Below are positions 37,781 through 53,004 of a stretch of 64,000 bases of DNA, piece after piece. How positions within the stretch are numbered: the first letter of the stretch is position 1; each line of letters opens with the position of its first letter. A program made the translations under genes and the position numbers. A model generated the notes under the pieces. That model was not told the origin of the DNA. It saw nothing but the letters and a program-made list of their open reading frames with translations, and made no database searches. The stretch spans positions 4,402,001 to 4,466,000 of the forward strand of contig OZ176050.1 in NCBI GenBank assembly GCA_964247055.1, read 5' to 3'. This DNA is from Paragordius varius. Its lineage: Eukaryota > Animalia > Nematomorpha.

Positions 37781-39865
37781 TAATGATAACGAAATAAAAT
37801 TTTTTGTTCTGGATTCTTTTATAAATGTAAAAATAAAAATGTTTTATAAATAGATGAATATAATCAAGAGTTGCGTAGATGCCTGCCTTTAATTACTTCA
37901 TACTTTATGAACTCATCCAAAGACACAAATAATAATGATGGGAAAAAAGGCACGGAAAAATCACCGGCTAATCGTCGTTTCTCTGTGGAAGTTTTAAAAT
38001 TAGTCCTTAATCTCATTAATCATTGCATATACAATAAATCTACATTTTTTTATGAACAAAATCATCAAAAATCCGTAAATATTAATGCTAATTCCGATTT
38101 AATGATTGAAGAACCAAACTTGCCGGTAACAACAAACGTTTTATCATTCGTATTTGAACAAACATCAATAAAGGTATAAAATTTACCTTATTTTTTAGAA
38201 TTATTGCTTAAATTGGTTAAATGTTTTATACATTTCACATATATAAATTTATAGAAAGAATTGATTAGGGAAGTCGAAATGGGCCCTTTCAAGCATTCAG
38301 TAGATGATGGTTTGGAATTAAGAAAGGTTTTTTTACATAATTGTTTGTTTATATATACTTGCAATTTCATAGTTAAAATCAATATTTAATAAAAAATTAT
38401 TTTAAATTGTTAAGTTAATCCATATAATTTTTGAATAAAATAGGCAGCATATGAGTGTTTATTTGCCTGGATAGAAAACCCCAATTTATTTGTGCTGGTT
38501 GACCCAACTTCATTCATTGATTATTTGGTTCAAGCCATAAACGATCATTATGACATAAAAATGTTGACTTACATTGCATTGTCATCCCGCTTACATCCTT
38601 TATACACGTCTAACGTGCTTATTAAATGTAAAATTTTATGCTATTTAAATTTAGTTTATATTAATATAGGCTATTTATCCCTTACATTCACCGTTGAACA
38701 CTTAAAATTTTTCCTAAAAATAAAATGTTTTTTGGTTAACACTTATTCTTTTCACATTTATTATTTTTAAACGTTTTATAATTTAGTATTAATAAATATA
38801 GTAATATTTCACATACATAATTTATTTTTAAGGTAAAAGTGTAAGAACTTGAAGCGTCAAAGGTGAATTTGAAGTTTTGAGGGGTGGGTTAGGTTTAATG
38901 TGTAAATGCTGTATCTACTGCAACATCAAAATCCAATTAAGATTTTCATGGTGCTATTGTTATTGGGCCTACGAGTAAAAGTTATATCAAATATGGCACA
39001 TGTGATTTGTTGCAAAATAAAAACTAAATGTTATTTCTTATAAATTATTCGCCTAATTACCAAATGTTAGCCCAATATTTTAGAGATAATAATAGTTTAG
39101 GCTAATAATGAGCAGACGAATAGGGCAACTTTATGAATTTTCGCCAATCAAAAATCTTTAATAAGATTGCGTAGTTTAATTTAGATAAAAATAGATATTA
39201 AAAGTATCAACTCAAAAAAATGTCGCACCAAAAAGATTTATCTTAAGTCTAAATTAGATTACAGTATTATAAAGACCTGCAAACTAATTTTAAAAACCTT
39301 TTACGGCTTAAGTGTGTTCGTAAAAAACATGTAATTAGAAAAAGGTCCATTATATATACGATTTTAGACGACGCAATCTAAAAGTTGTTGTGTTACCATA
39401 GTTGGGCAATTCGCAACACGATATGTTGAATAATTTTTTCCTTTCTTTTTTGATACACTACTGTATTGCAAATTGCTCTACTATAGTGTGAAATAAGAAA
39501 CATTAAAATACATACTGTATTTATACATAATGTATTTTTTTATTTCGTAGGTTTGGACAGATTATTGAATCCTATCAAAATGGTGTTGAGCGCTACCGTT
39601 AAACAAAATGCCGTAAAGCAAGAATTCGAGAAACAAGATGATTTGAAGCGATGTGCATTGCGAACTGCATTCAAATTGTTACATTTACCTGGCGCAGGTA
39701 TCATTAATTACGATATTTTTTGGAAATTTATATGATAATCATTTTTGAAATTCGCTTTTAGATCAATACCCGTATGTTCAAGACTTTCTAAAATGGATCA
39801 ATGCGAAATCAGATCTGAACGTAATTAAAGAAGGAATTTTAAAAGAACACAATATTAATTTATAA
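21168..39865 (+). CDS. CAND1: Cullin-associated NEDD8-dissociated protein 1, 32 exons, ~1,600 aa; exons 21168-21212, 21235-21404, 21428-21540, 21564-21664, 21687-21753, 22427-22525, 23642-23777, 24247-24372, 24769-24985, 25232-25352, 25556-25600, 26107-26307, 26676-26820, 27028-27288, 30661-30793, 30990-31098, 31652-31742, 31993-32164, 32499-32720, 33663-33834, 34282-34364, 34392-34463, 34664-35177, 35345-35460, 36129-36231, 36339-36622, 37436-37544, 37854-38173, 38255-38326, 38444-38627, 39551-39697, 39762-39865
   Basis: Hallmark peptides [78 protein letters not shown] and [12 protein letters not shown]. Every junction is GT-AG and phase-consistent, giving one open frame. The middle exons are divergent and less certain. 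Confidence 0.95.
24433..24700. mobile_element. MITE family A copy in a CAND1 intron
   Basis: TATACCATTTACACTTCA ... GGGTAAATGGTATA; the interior matches 2601-2943. Confidence 0.85.
27513..29748. mobile_element. Tc1/mariner-IS630-like transposase pseudogene arranged as a ~2.2-kb fold-back in CAND1 intron 14
   Basis: TA|CTGGTAAATGCGCTAAAAA ... TTTTTAGGGCATTTGCCAG|TA. The minus arm (~28626 to 27822) encodes an HTH-like N-terminus, [12 protein letters not shown] and [11 protein letters not shown]. The plus arm (~28768-29400) encodes [14 protein letters not shown] and PPYSPQLN. Both arms are disrupted. Confidence 0.92.
35485..36030. repeat. Dispersed TE-derived repeat (family C); an inverted copy lies at ~62020-62575
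   Basis: GCGACAAACGCGCGAAGCGAGAGC (~35738) vs GCTCTCGCTTCGCGCGTTTGTCGC (~62275), with colinear flanks over ~550 bp. One terminus reads CACT(A/G)GACA. Confidence 0.8.
36693..36895. mobile_element. TA-flanked MITE
   Basis: TA|CAGTCATGTATATGTAGAATTGACAGA ... TCTGACAATTCTAGACATACATGACTA|TA. Confidence 0.8.
37138..37423. mobile_element. TA-flanked MITE
   Basis: TA|CAGTAAAAATTGAAAATGTACGGACAAAACGTAAAAATAT ... ATATTTTTACGTTTTTCCCGTATAATTTCAAGTTTTACTT|TA. Confidence 0.7.
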
Positions 39866-39906
39866 TATATACATACATAAGTTGTGAACATGATTGTCAA
39901 AATATT

Positions 39907-39918
39907 AATAAATTTAAT
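39907..39918. terminator. Back-to-back candidate polyadenylation signals: AATAAA on + for CAND1, ATTAAA on - for TMEM230
   Basis: AATAAATTTAAT lies in the 68-nt gap between the two stop codons. Motif only; such motifs are frequent in AT-rich DNA. Confidence 0.45.
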
Positions 39919-39933
39919 TATGCGATGATTCAT

Positions 39934-40311
39934 TTAATTGAAATCTGGTATATCGCGGTACGAATATCCACGTTTTTGCATGAATGCGTTATAGGCTACA
40001 AAAACATAATATCCTCCTGGAAGTAATAAAATTACTCCTATAATTATTAATGGCCATGTTCTATCATGATACTAATTTTAAAATTATATAAACTTTGAAA
40101 TCAAAATAGCCAACCATAAAAAGTATCCCAAGAGCAGAAAATAATATACCAAATACAAATAAAACTAATGCCAAAGCTATCGGTTTCCATGGAATATTAT
40201 GTCTTTCATCTCTCCACTTAAAGATTATTTTGAAAAAAAGACCTGAGTATCGGCATATTCATCATCGGAAAAGCTCTGTTTTTTCCGAATCAATATTTTT
40301 GAGGTTTTCAT
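39934..40311 (-). CDS. TMEM230: Transmembrane protein 230; exons 40311-40243, 40216-40094, 40071-39934; 109 aa
   Basis: Spliced translation ...FSDDEYADTQ-WRDERHNIPWKPIALALVLFVFG...-YHDRTWPLIIIGVILLLPGGYYVFVAYNAFMQKRGYSYRDIPDFN matches TMEM230 motifs (IPYKAIALA, LPG.Y, RGYSYDDIPDF). It is missing from the ORF track because of two micro-introns. Confidence 0.93.
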
Positions 40312-41614
40312 AAAGAGTCATATGGAATTGTTCATAAATTGCATCATATGTTATAACCCAGGATTGAAAAAAGAAATAAATGGTATCCAAAAAATTAATA
40401 TATAAATTGCATGTTGTAAAAAAATAAATAAAATCGGATTTAAAACTGAGTCCAAAATCGGAGAGTATAAAAAAACCTGATGTTTAATCTCTTAATAAAA
40501 TGTATCAACCTTATCATGGTACTTTAGGTTTTGACTCTTACCAGTGATATAAAAATGCTATTTAGACTTTTGTGGACTGATTACAAATGGCGAAAATTGA
40601 GCATGTTTATTGTAAATTTTTTGGTAATAGCTAAACATTAAAAATATTAAAATATCAATTTAAAAATAATTTAATTTTTAGATTTGGGCTCCGAATTCGC
40701 AAATTTTTTTGCTCTTCTAAAATAGGTCAATTTCAAAAATGCTGTGGTTGAGCAATAAAATTTTTAAATATATACTAAATTTTTTTTATTAAATTACATT
40801 TTTTAAAAATGCATACTTTTTTAGAAAATAATTTTCACCAAATTGTTGAAACATACTTGACTCTATTTTCAGGCATGATCGAAACGGTATACTATTGGTA
40901 TATCAAAAATACTTTTTCTATATAATTTAATGATATTAAACACTTATATCGCTTCAGAATTTAAATTTAAAGATTGGTATACTCTCAATTTATGGTAAAT
41001 ATTTATAAAAAAACGAATTCTATTTGAGAGATATTTGAAGACGAACGAATAATTTAATCCGAATTTCGATGTGATAGATATCAGCATCATCAGATTATAA
41101 AAAAGTTTTAACGTAATATCTAAAAGTGTTATATCGTTTCCATCATGCCTAAAGATAAGATGTAGGCATTTTTTCAAAAATATTTTTTCACCTCATTTTT
41201 AAAATTTTATCGCGCAATCCCGGAGTATTTCTTTAGCCCCTTTTAAAGAGCGAATAAATTTGGATCTTTCGAAACCCACATCTAAAAATTTAAATTTTAT
41301 AAATATATTGTTTAGGTATGTTCTACTTTAATATTTTATGGAAAGATTTAGCTTTCATCAAAAAACTTTATTACAAAAAATGTGCTCAAATTTTGCCAAT
41401 TTCCTATATGGACTAATTACCACAAAAGTGTAAGTATTCATATCACTTTTAAGGACCAAAATAAAAAGCACCATGATAATCCTGATATATTTACCTATTA
41501 GAATATATATATATATATATATATATTAGCGGGTTATTTGATTTGTGAACAGTGCAATGAAAAATTTTTTGATGGCAAATTTATATAAATTGATTATGCG
41601 CTTAAAACGTTTAA

Positions 41615-42043
41615 CACTCATGAACTTTTGGGGTAGTTTCATATCCCAGTGCGATTCAATTTGAATATCTTATTAAGTATTTAGGTATTAGTCCAAATTT
41701 AAAAATATCTTTCATTAGCTTTTTAGGCGTCAAAATATTTATATAGTAAATTTAAAAAAATACTTTTTTGCCCCCAATTTTTCTTTAAAATTTTTTAATT
41801 GAGGATAAAATAGTTAATTAATTGTATATTATCAAAAAATGTAAATAATTAACGATAGTATTTTTTAAATTGGATTTTACCAAAGAATTAATATTTATTA
41901 TTTTTAATATCAGCTCTTTACTGAATAAAATTAAATTTTGACTGATGTAACTTTCAAAACAGTAGTTTCTTTATAAAATGCTCTGGGATATAAAAATACC
42001 CCAATGTTCCTCGCGGACACAAAAGGGCAAAGGACACGAAATG
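41615..42043. mobile_element. Possible second TTAA-flanked MITE
   Basis: TTAA|CAC...TTGGGGTAGTTTCATATCCCAG is inverted against CTGGGATATAAAAATACCCCAA ... G|TTAA. The right boundary is uncertain. Confidence 0.45.
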
Positions 42044-42571
42044 TTAAGCATCGCATATTATATTTGCTCCATATTTATCCTTTTTATAATGTTTAAATTT
42101 TTAATTGCCCTGGTAAAAATACTCAAATAGTATAAAGGTAATTATATATATATATTTGTTTGAAGTTATAAGTCGTTAGGCCCAAAAATAAAATCATTCC
42201 TTTTTTGAGACAGTATTTTATCTGATCATGTTTTTTAAAAAGATGCTTTTACACTCTTGGTTGAGAGCATACGGTTATTCATCTTGTGGAAATAAAAGAT
42301 AAGAAACTATTCGTTACTTATTATATAAAATACAATAAACACTAGGAAAAACCTCCCTTTTTCCATTTGCCTTATAAATTAGGGTTTTCTGTGTATTTTG
42401 AAAACTAATTTATATGTAATATTTTGTTTTTCTTTAAAAACTCGGACGTTTGTATTTCATGTACGGGATTAAATTTTGTTTCAGTAAGAATTCCTAATTA
42501 AATATATTTCTATGACAATACCGTACCTTTGGAACATATGCGAATGTAACATTCAAACAGTTGCATGATAA

Positions 42572-43758
42572 ATGAGCGTGGGTTTTAAATTTTTATTACC
42601 CAATGCTTTAAAGGCTATTTTCTTTATACTTCTGCCAATAAATACCCCAGAATATAATTTGGTAGCATATAAGGTACTCACTGATTGGAACAATGGTAAC
42701 GAAATTTTCTATATATAGTTATGGAGGGAATATATTTGTTACGAAATAACATTGATCCGTATTTATCTATTTTTTCTGAGGTACATCATATATAATTTTG
42801 AGAATCCATTAGATCTTAATTTATTTAAAATCTTGGGAACAAAAATATTGCCGTATTTATTTTTGGTATCCGAATTTAAAACATTAGATTATACAATTAA
42901 TAACCTCATATATTTGGTTTACCATTGGAAGTCGATTGCATCATAATTATATGTCTTTACTGTATTTAAAAAACTTACAATTTTAGATATATTTTTAACC
43001 CTTTTGTATTGCTCGATTTGTACATGTTAAACACTTCGGTATTTGTTCAATTCTTATATACCGCGCTACTATTTCTGTCATTATATGGTAATATTAATTT
43101 ATAAATATATAAAACATTAAATCCATAGTTAAATATATAATTTATATATTATAAACTTTATATTTGTAAAAGTTTTAAAAATAAAATTACTGTGACTTTA
43201 AAAATTGACAACATAGTCACTTAACCCAAATTACTTCGTTTTTGGAACTTATGAAATTTTATATATTTATTTAAAAAATATTTTCTCTGAGTTAAAATTA
43301 CTTTTAATTAAGAATTTAATACAAATTTTATTAATAGACTTTCAATTTTTGTCTTTTTCATATAAAAATTTATCTCATTGATAAAAAAATATAAATAGGC
43401 TATTTACTTCCGGCCTGCCTCATCATTTCAGTTTTAATGCTTCATTCAATTAATTGCCTTATCCTCATTCTACCGGTCGGATTATTGATTTACGCATTTT
43501 ATCAAGCGTCTACTAAGAGCAAAGGTTTTCAATGATAATGTTTTATATTAAAAATAGTTAAATCCGTGAATAAGAATATTAACAGAAAAAATATATTTTT
43601 TTTATAATAATTTATATTTATGTCCATATTTTAAATTATTTTATTATCCATTGGTATAAATCTAAAATAATCCTTATTTTTTGTAAATTTTCTCAGGTCC
43701 AATTCATATACTTTTCTCAGTAATTTTTAACAATGTTTAGAGATTTATACTTGTTTTT

Positions 43759-43814
<56 letters not shown>

Positions 43815-46800
43815 TCATTAAATTTTCCATACTGCCCCCTTTTAGTCGATGATAAAAGTGAACAAACTGTACTTCAAACAATAGTAATTACACTGATTTT
43901 GACTCTAACATTTTTCATCATGTTATTAGTAGCTTGCTTTTATTCCACACCAAATCGGAATTGGAATTTCTTGCACAATCTCTTTTTGGATAAGTTAGTT
44001 ATTATTTTCATTAGAAAAAATTATGGATTATAACCAAAACAGTTAGACACCGTTTTAAAACTAGACATGGAACGAAAACTAATGCATTTCTTTATAATTT
44101 ATTTTAACCAATTTTGGATAAATGTAACCTTATGTTTTAATATTGTTCTCTATCTTGTGTATCTCAAATTATATTTTATTTTTATGAATTGTAAAAAAAT
44201 ATGAAACGATGAGAATTGTTTCATGATATTCCTAAATATTTAAAAAACCAAAATTAGGACAAAACAATACATATTAAGATATCATTACATTTTAAAGTTT
44301 AATAAGAATATATTTTTTATAGGTTTTTCAACTCAGACCTGACACCGAATCTCAGTATATATTGGTACACTTTTGCTGAATCTTTTCCACATTTTTACGA
44401 ATTTTTCGTTTGGATGTTTAGATTGCCATGCTTTGTATTTTGTTTGCCTTTATCAATGAAATATGGGTAATATATGTTTTATGATTTTTTATTTTTGTTT
44501 AATTAAATTAAGTTAAACATTTTTTTTGATTATTATTTGATATATTCTTATGACAATTCTTGGTTATAAAACTCATATAATGGTTTTAATAACCAAAGCA
44601 ATAATATAAGAAAAATTATGCTATTAATATAATTTTTGGATTTAAAAAATAAAAATATTTATGAGAATATTATTATTTTTTGAGTTTGAATTAATTTTAA
44701 TATTTAATTTGGCCCGCAATACATTAATAAACCATCCAAAAACATTTTACAATATCCAATATTTTTATTTTTAGCAATGATCCATTATTCCTATACTACA
44801 TATTCTTGCACCTAATTACGCTCTTTAATCCATATAGCTCGGTGGGTGACTTGGGATTTTTGTTAACATTTTTCCCTTTTTGGATATCAAAACTATTTCC
44901 ATGTAATTTGCATATATATTATATTTTTTGATAAAATAATTTTTGCATATGTTTTAATAAAAATTTTAAACAATAAATAAAGGTTAAAAATTTTATTCAA
45001 ATTATATATTTATCCGGACGGTACTAACAATCAATTTTATGTAGTTTACCGTAAATTCTTTGTATATAGATATGCGAAATCCGTTGGTTTATCTTGGATT
45101 ATTTTTTACGGCCATTTGTCTTTCACCCATACTGTGGCACATGTGGATTTATATGGATTCGGCAAATTCCAATTTCTATTATAGCATGTCAATATTATAT
45201 ACATTAGCACATGTAAGTTTATTTTTATGAAAGATATGACCGTTCAAAATAAGTTTAGATGATTAGGTTGAATTATATAACCATTTTTTGGCAAATTGAT
45301 ATTATGCCACTTGATTAGTTGCTGTTAAACTAAATAAATATCAAAAAGGCTCTTCAAAAATCAGCAGCAATGGTTTATATCAAAATACAAATCAAAAAGA
45401 TATGTAAATTTTATGACAAATATATCAAATTATAGTTAAAAAGTTAATCGGTAAAAAATTGAAAATAGTGTAAAATGAAATAAAAGATATAAAGTTTCGA
45501 AAGCTGCATTGTAAGGGTAACCTATGGCAGGCCTACCTTTTCAGAAGAGCTAGTAAATAAAATAGGTTGTATTATTTTTCTATGTTGAATTTAGCATTAT
45601 TTACGGTTAAAATTTCGCTAAAATTCAGTCTGACATGACATACCGCTTAAAATAATTAAAATAGTGTTTGGTGTATTAATTTTTTGAAAATTTTTAATTG
45701 AGTATTTACACTATGAAAGGATAGTTAATAAGTACATATTTTTTTATCCCTACTTGTTAAATATGATTAGTATGAGAGATGTATACTTGAACATTTTTGC
45801 TATATGTGTTTTTAAGGGCTCAATACTAACATTGTTCTGATATCAAAATATAATGTAATTAATTAAATGTTTTAGTTTTACTAACTACCGTTAAAAAAAG
45901 TATTTGACAGAAGTGTTGTAGTTATAACTAAGATCGGGGTCGATTTGTCGCTCTGTAGTTATGCCAGTTGATGGATAGTTGCATTCAAAGCTTGGTTTCT
46001 TTAATCTTATCAATCCAACGCATGTTTCATCTACCACGTTTTCTTGAACTCTCACTTTTTCCGACATGAGCTGATAATGCAAGTCTAGTTATGTGTCCGA
46101 AATAAGAAAGCTTCATTTTAAGGAATAAGCAATAAGGATATTTTAGGTTTGATTTTATTGAGGTATTCAGTGTTTTCTCGACAGAAGGTGACCGTTTTTA
46201 ATTTCTGCTTTTAAGTTTGATATGATCTCTAACAAACTAAAAGCATAAGTGTCATAATAATATTGGTATACCATTTGCACTTTAAGAGTGACCTTAAACA
46301 CTTGAAGTGTCCTTGAATATAAGTTGGTCCTTGTTGGTTGTTTAACTTTATATTTTTAACTTTTATCATTCAAATCGTGTATCATTTATCTCTTATATCA
46401 TTTATAACCTATTTTTATTATTTAACATAAACTTTTAAATCAATATCAAGTTTTAATCATTCATAAACCGTATATCTTTATTACCTTCTCAAACAATATT
46501 TTTATATTTTAGATTTTGACACGTTATTTAAAAATGTATAGTATTTGTTAGAAAAATTCAAAAGGTATTAATTTTGATAAATTGGAAGAAATTGTTAGAA
46601 AAATTCATAAGGTAATAATTTTGTTAAATTGGAAGAAAATTAGTTTCGAACAAAAAAGTGGTTTTTGAATAAAAAAATTTATTTTTAAAGGAATAAATGA
46701 AGAAAATTAGGTTAAAAACAATAAAATATAAAATACATCTAAAAATTATGGTTAAATTCAAATTTAAAAATTTTAAGGATACTCTTCATGTGCTAATAGT

Positions 46801-46877
46801 ATATGTTAGCCATCCTAACATTCGTGAGACGTAGTAAGTTATTTATGATCAAAAAAATTAATATTTTGATAAAATCC

Positions 46878-46928
<51 letters not shown>

Positions 46929-47117
46929 ATCTAGATACTTTTTATATCCGATCTCTTGTATTCCTACAATTACCGTGAATTCGTGTTAGCAAATCAATCA
47001 AAATTCATGCAATTATATTCCTTGGAAACCAAACAAAATGGTGACTCTTGTTTAAACGCTGGAAAAACTATTTTACCTGACAGAAAACATGTAAAATTGT
47101 GCAACGTGTTTGATTGA
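42572..47117 (+). CDS. PIGU: GPI transamidase subunit PIG-U; exons 42572-42695, 42719-42780, 42803-42865, 42888-42961, 42987-43087, 43399-43524, 43846-43993, 44323-44466, 44775-44902, 45070-45212, 46935-47117; 431 aa
   Basis: Motifs MEGIYLL...IDPY, YIFNPF, DLTPNLSIYWYTFAESFPHF, PYSSVGD, LWHMWIYMDSANSNFYY and ILFISD. The length is close to vertebrate PIGU (~435 aa). All junctions are GT-AG and phase-consistent. Confidence 0.95.
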
Positions 47118-48766
47118 AAATGCAAGATTATATCTTAATATTTTTTTGTTTCAAATTAAATTTGACCTATTTATAAATTAATTATTATTCGTCTTTTTCG
47201 GTTCTAAAATGATGATTGTTATTAAAAAAACTAGAAATATGTGTTAAAAGTATTGAAAATTTTTTTATCTGCAACTTATTTTCGAATCCCGGTCATCGAC
47301 TGTTTTTTATAATGAGCTCTTGTATGTGAAAGATTGAATGTGAATGATAGGGTGGTGCTGGTTGGTAACAAATATTCTACTGCATTTAGAAAATTGTAAA
47401 TTTATCGGGATCCGAAACTAAAAAACTAAGAGCTATTTACCGTTTTATTCAAAATTGTTTTGACCAATGATGCTAAGAATTTTAGCACATCGGAGTTAGT
47501 TATCAATTTTTTAGTGATTGATACTCAAAAATTGCCATAGTCCTTGATAAACAAATTAAAGTAAAGTGACAATCCATATTTGATGTCGCTACGGTTTTTA
47601 GCAGCCGCGGAGCATGGAATACAGCCCCCTTAAAAAGTTTTCAAATTAGTACCTTATTAATCACGAAATCTATTTTTTGTGAATTTGAATAATCCTTAAT
47701 ACCTTCGAATATAATTTGTGACCGTTCTTTTATACCTACCATGATACAGTATTGGCGCTTTATGAAACATTATTGACTTGAAATCACCATGATTTTTTTT
47801 TCATTTTAATATGTAAATAGTTGTCTTTAGGAATAATTTTTTAATGAGCTTATTAAGAGTGACCGAATTCTTTATCATATTCTTTGATGTAAGTGGGCCA
47901 AACTAATCGTTGTTTTTTCTCCACCGATTGATGACATAAAACTTGATCAATATTTACTATGATTCAGATATAACTAATTTATTTTACAGAGTTATTAAAC
48001 TGTCATATCAAAAATGGGAACGCTATTAAACAATTTAAATTTCAGAATCGGTATCCGATTCAAGAAATTGTTCACAATATTGTATTAATTTTTGTTTAAG
48101 TGTATTTCCATCTGTTTTGGTCGTGCCGTTCAAACAAATTATGTAAAAACAAGACAAACAATTTAATTTATCTCAAAAATTATGAATAAATGTACCGAAT
48201 GACCTGCTTCAATATCTGAAAATAATAAATTATTATCAATTGTTTTTCATACGATTGGCAAATTAAAACTCGTTTCTAACTTAACCCAAAGAGTAAATTA
48301 TGGACAAAAAATGCAAAAATGTCATTTATATCATAAAATTAATTATAATTTGGTTCTAAAATACAAATTGTGATATATTCGATAATGTATACATATGTAC
48401 AAGCGCCGTTATACAAAACGTATTGAAAAAATCAAATTTCATTATGGATATTTTCAAAAAATGACATGAAAATATCAAATAAAATGCCATAAAATACAAT
48501 GTAATAAATATGTTTGTGTGTGTGCCTAAACAATAGATTTTTGTAACTTTCAATAATATATGAAAATAAATCATCAAAAAATTTACGAAATATTGGATAA
48601 AAATTATAAAAAAATGTGATATAATATGCGTTTTTATTTGAGCAAATTTTGTGGTTTGATAATGTTAGGTGCTTAACACAGAAGATAGGGTTCAAACAAT
48701 TACAATTCCAAAATATAAATAACGAATATATTTGGTTTTTGTTTGAACATTTATCCTATTTTATAA

Positions 48767-53004
<4,238 letters not shown>

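Noticed and set aside
21168-43087. Alternative explanations for the broken frames: variant genetic code, ribosomal frameshifting, RNA editing or pseudogenes
   Set aside because: Every break is bounded by GT...AG, and exact removal restores both frame and alignment in four genes on both strands under the standard code, with no other lesions in those CDSs.
45891-46082. 63-aa minus-strand ORF in the last PIGU intron
   Set aside because: No recognisable domain or splice partners; possibly decayed TE sequence.
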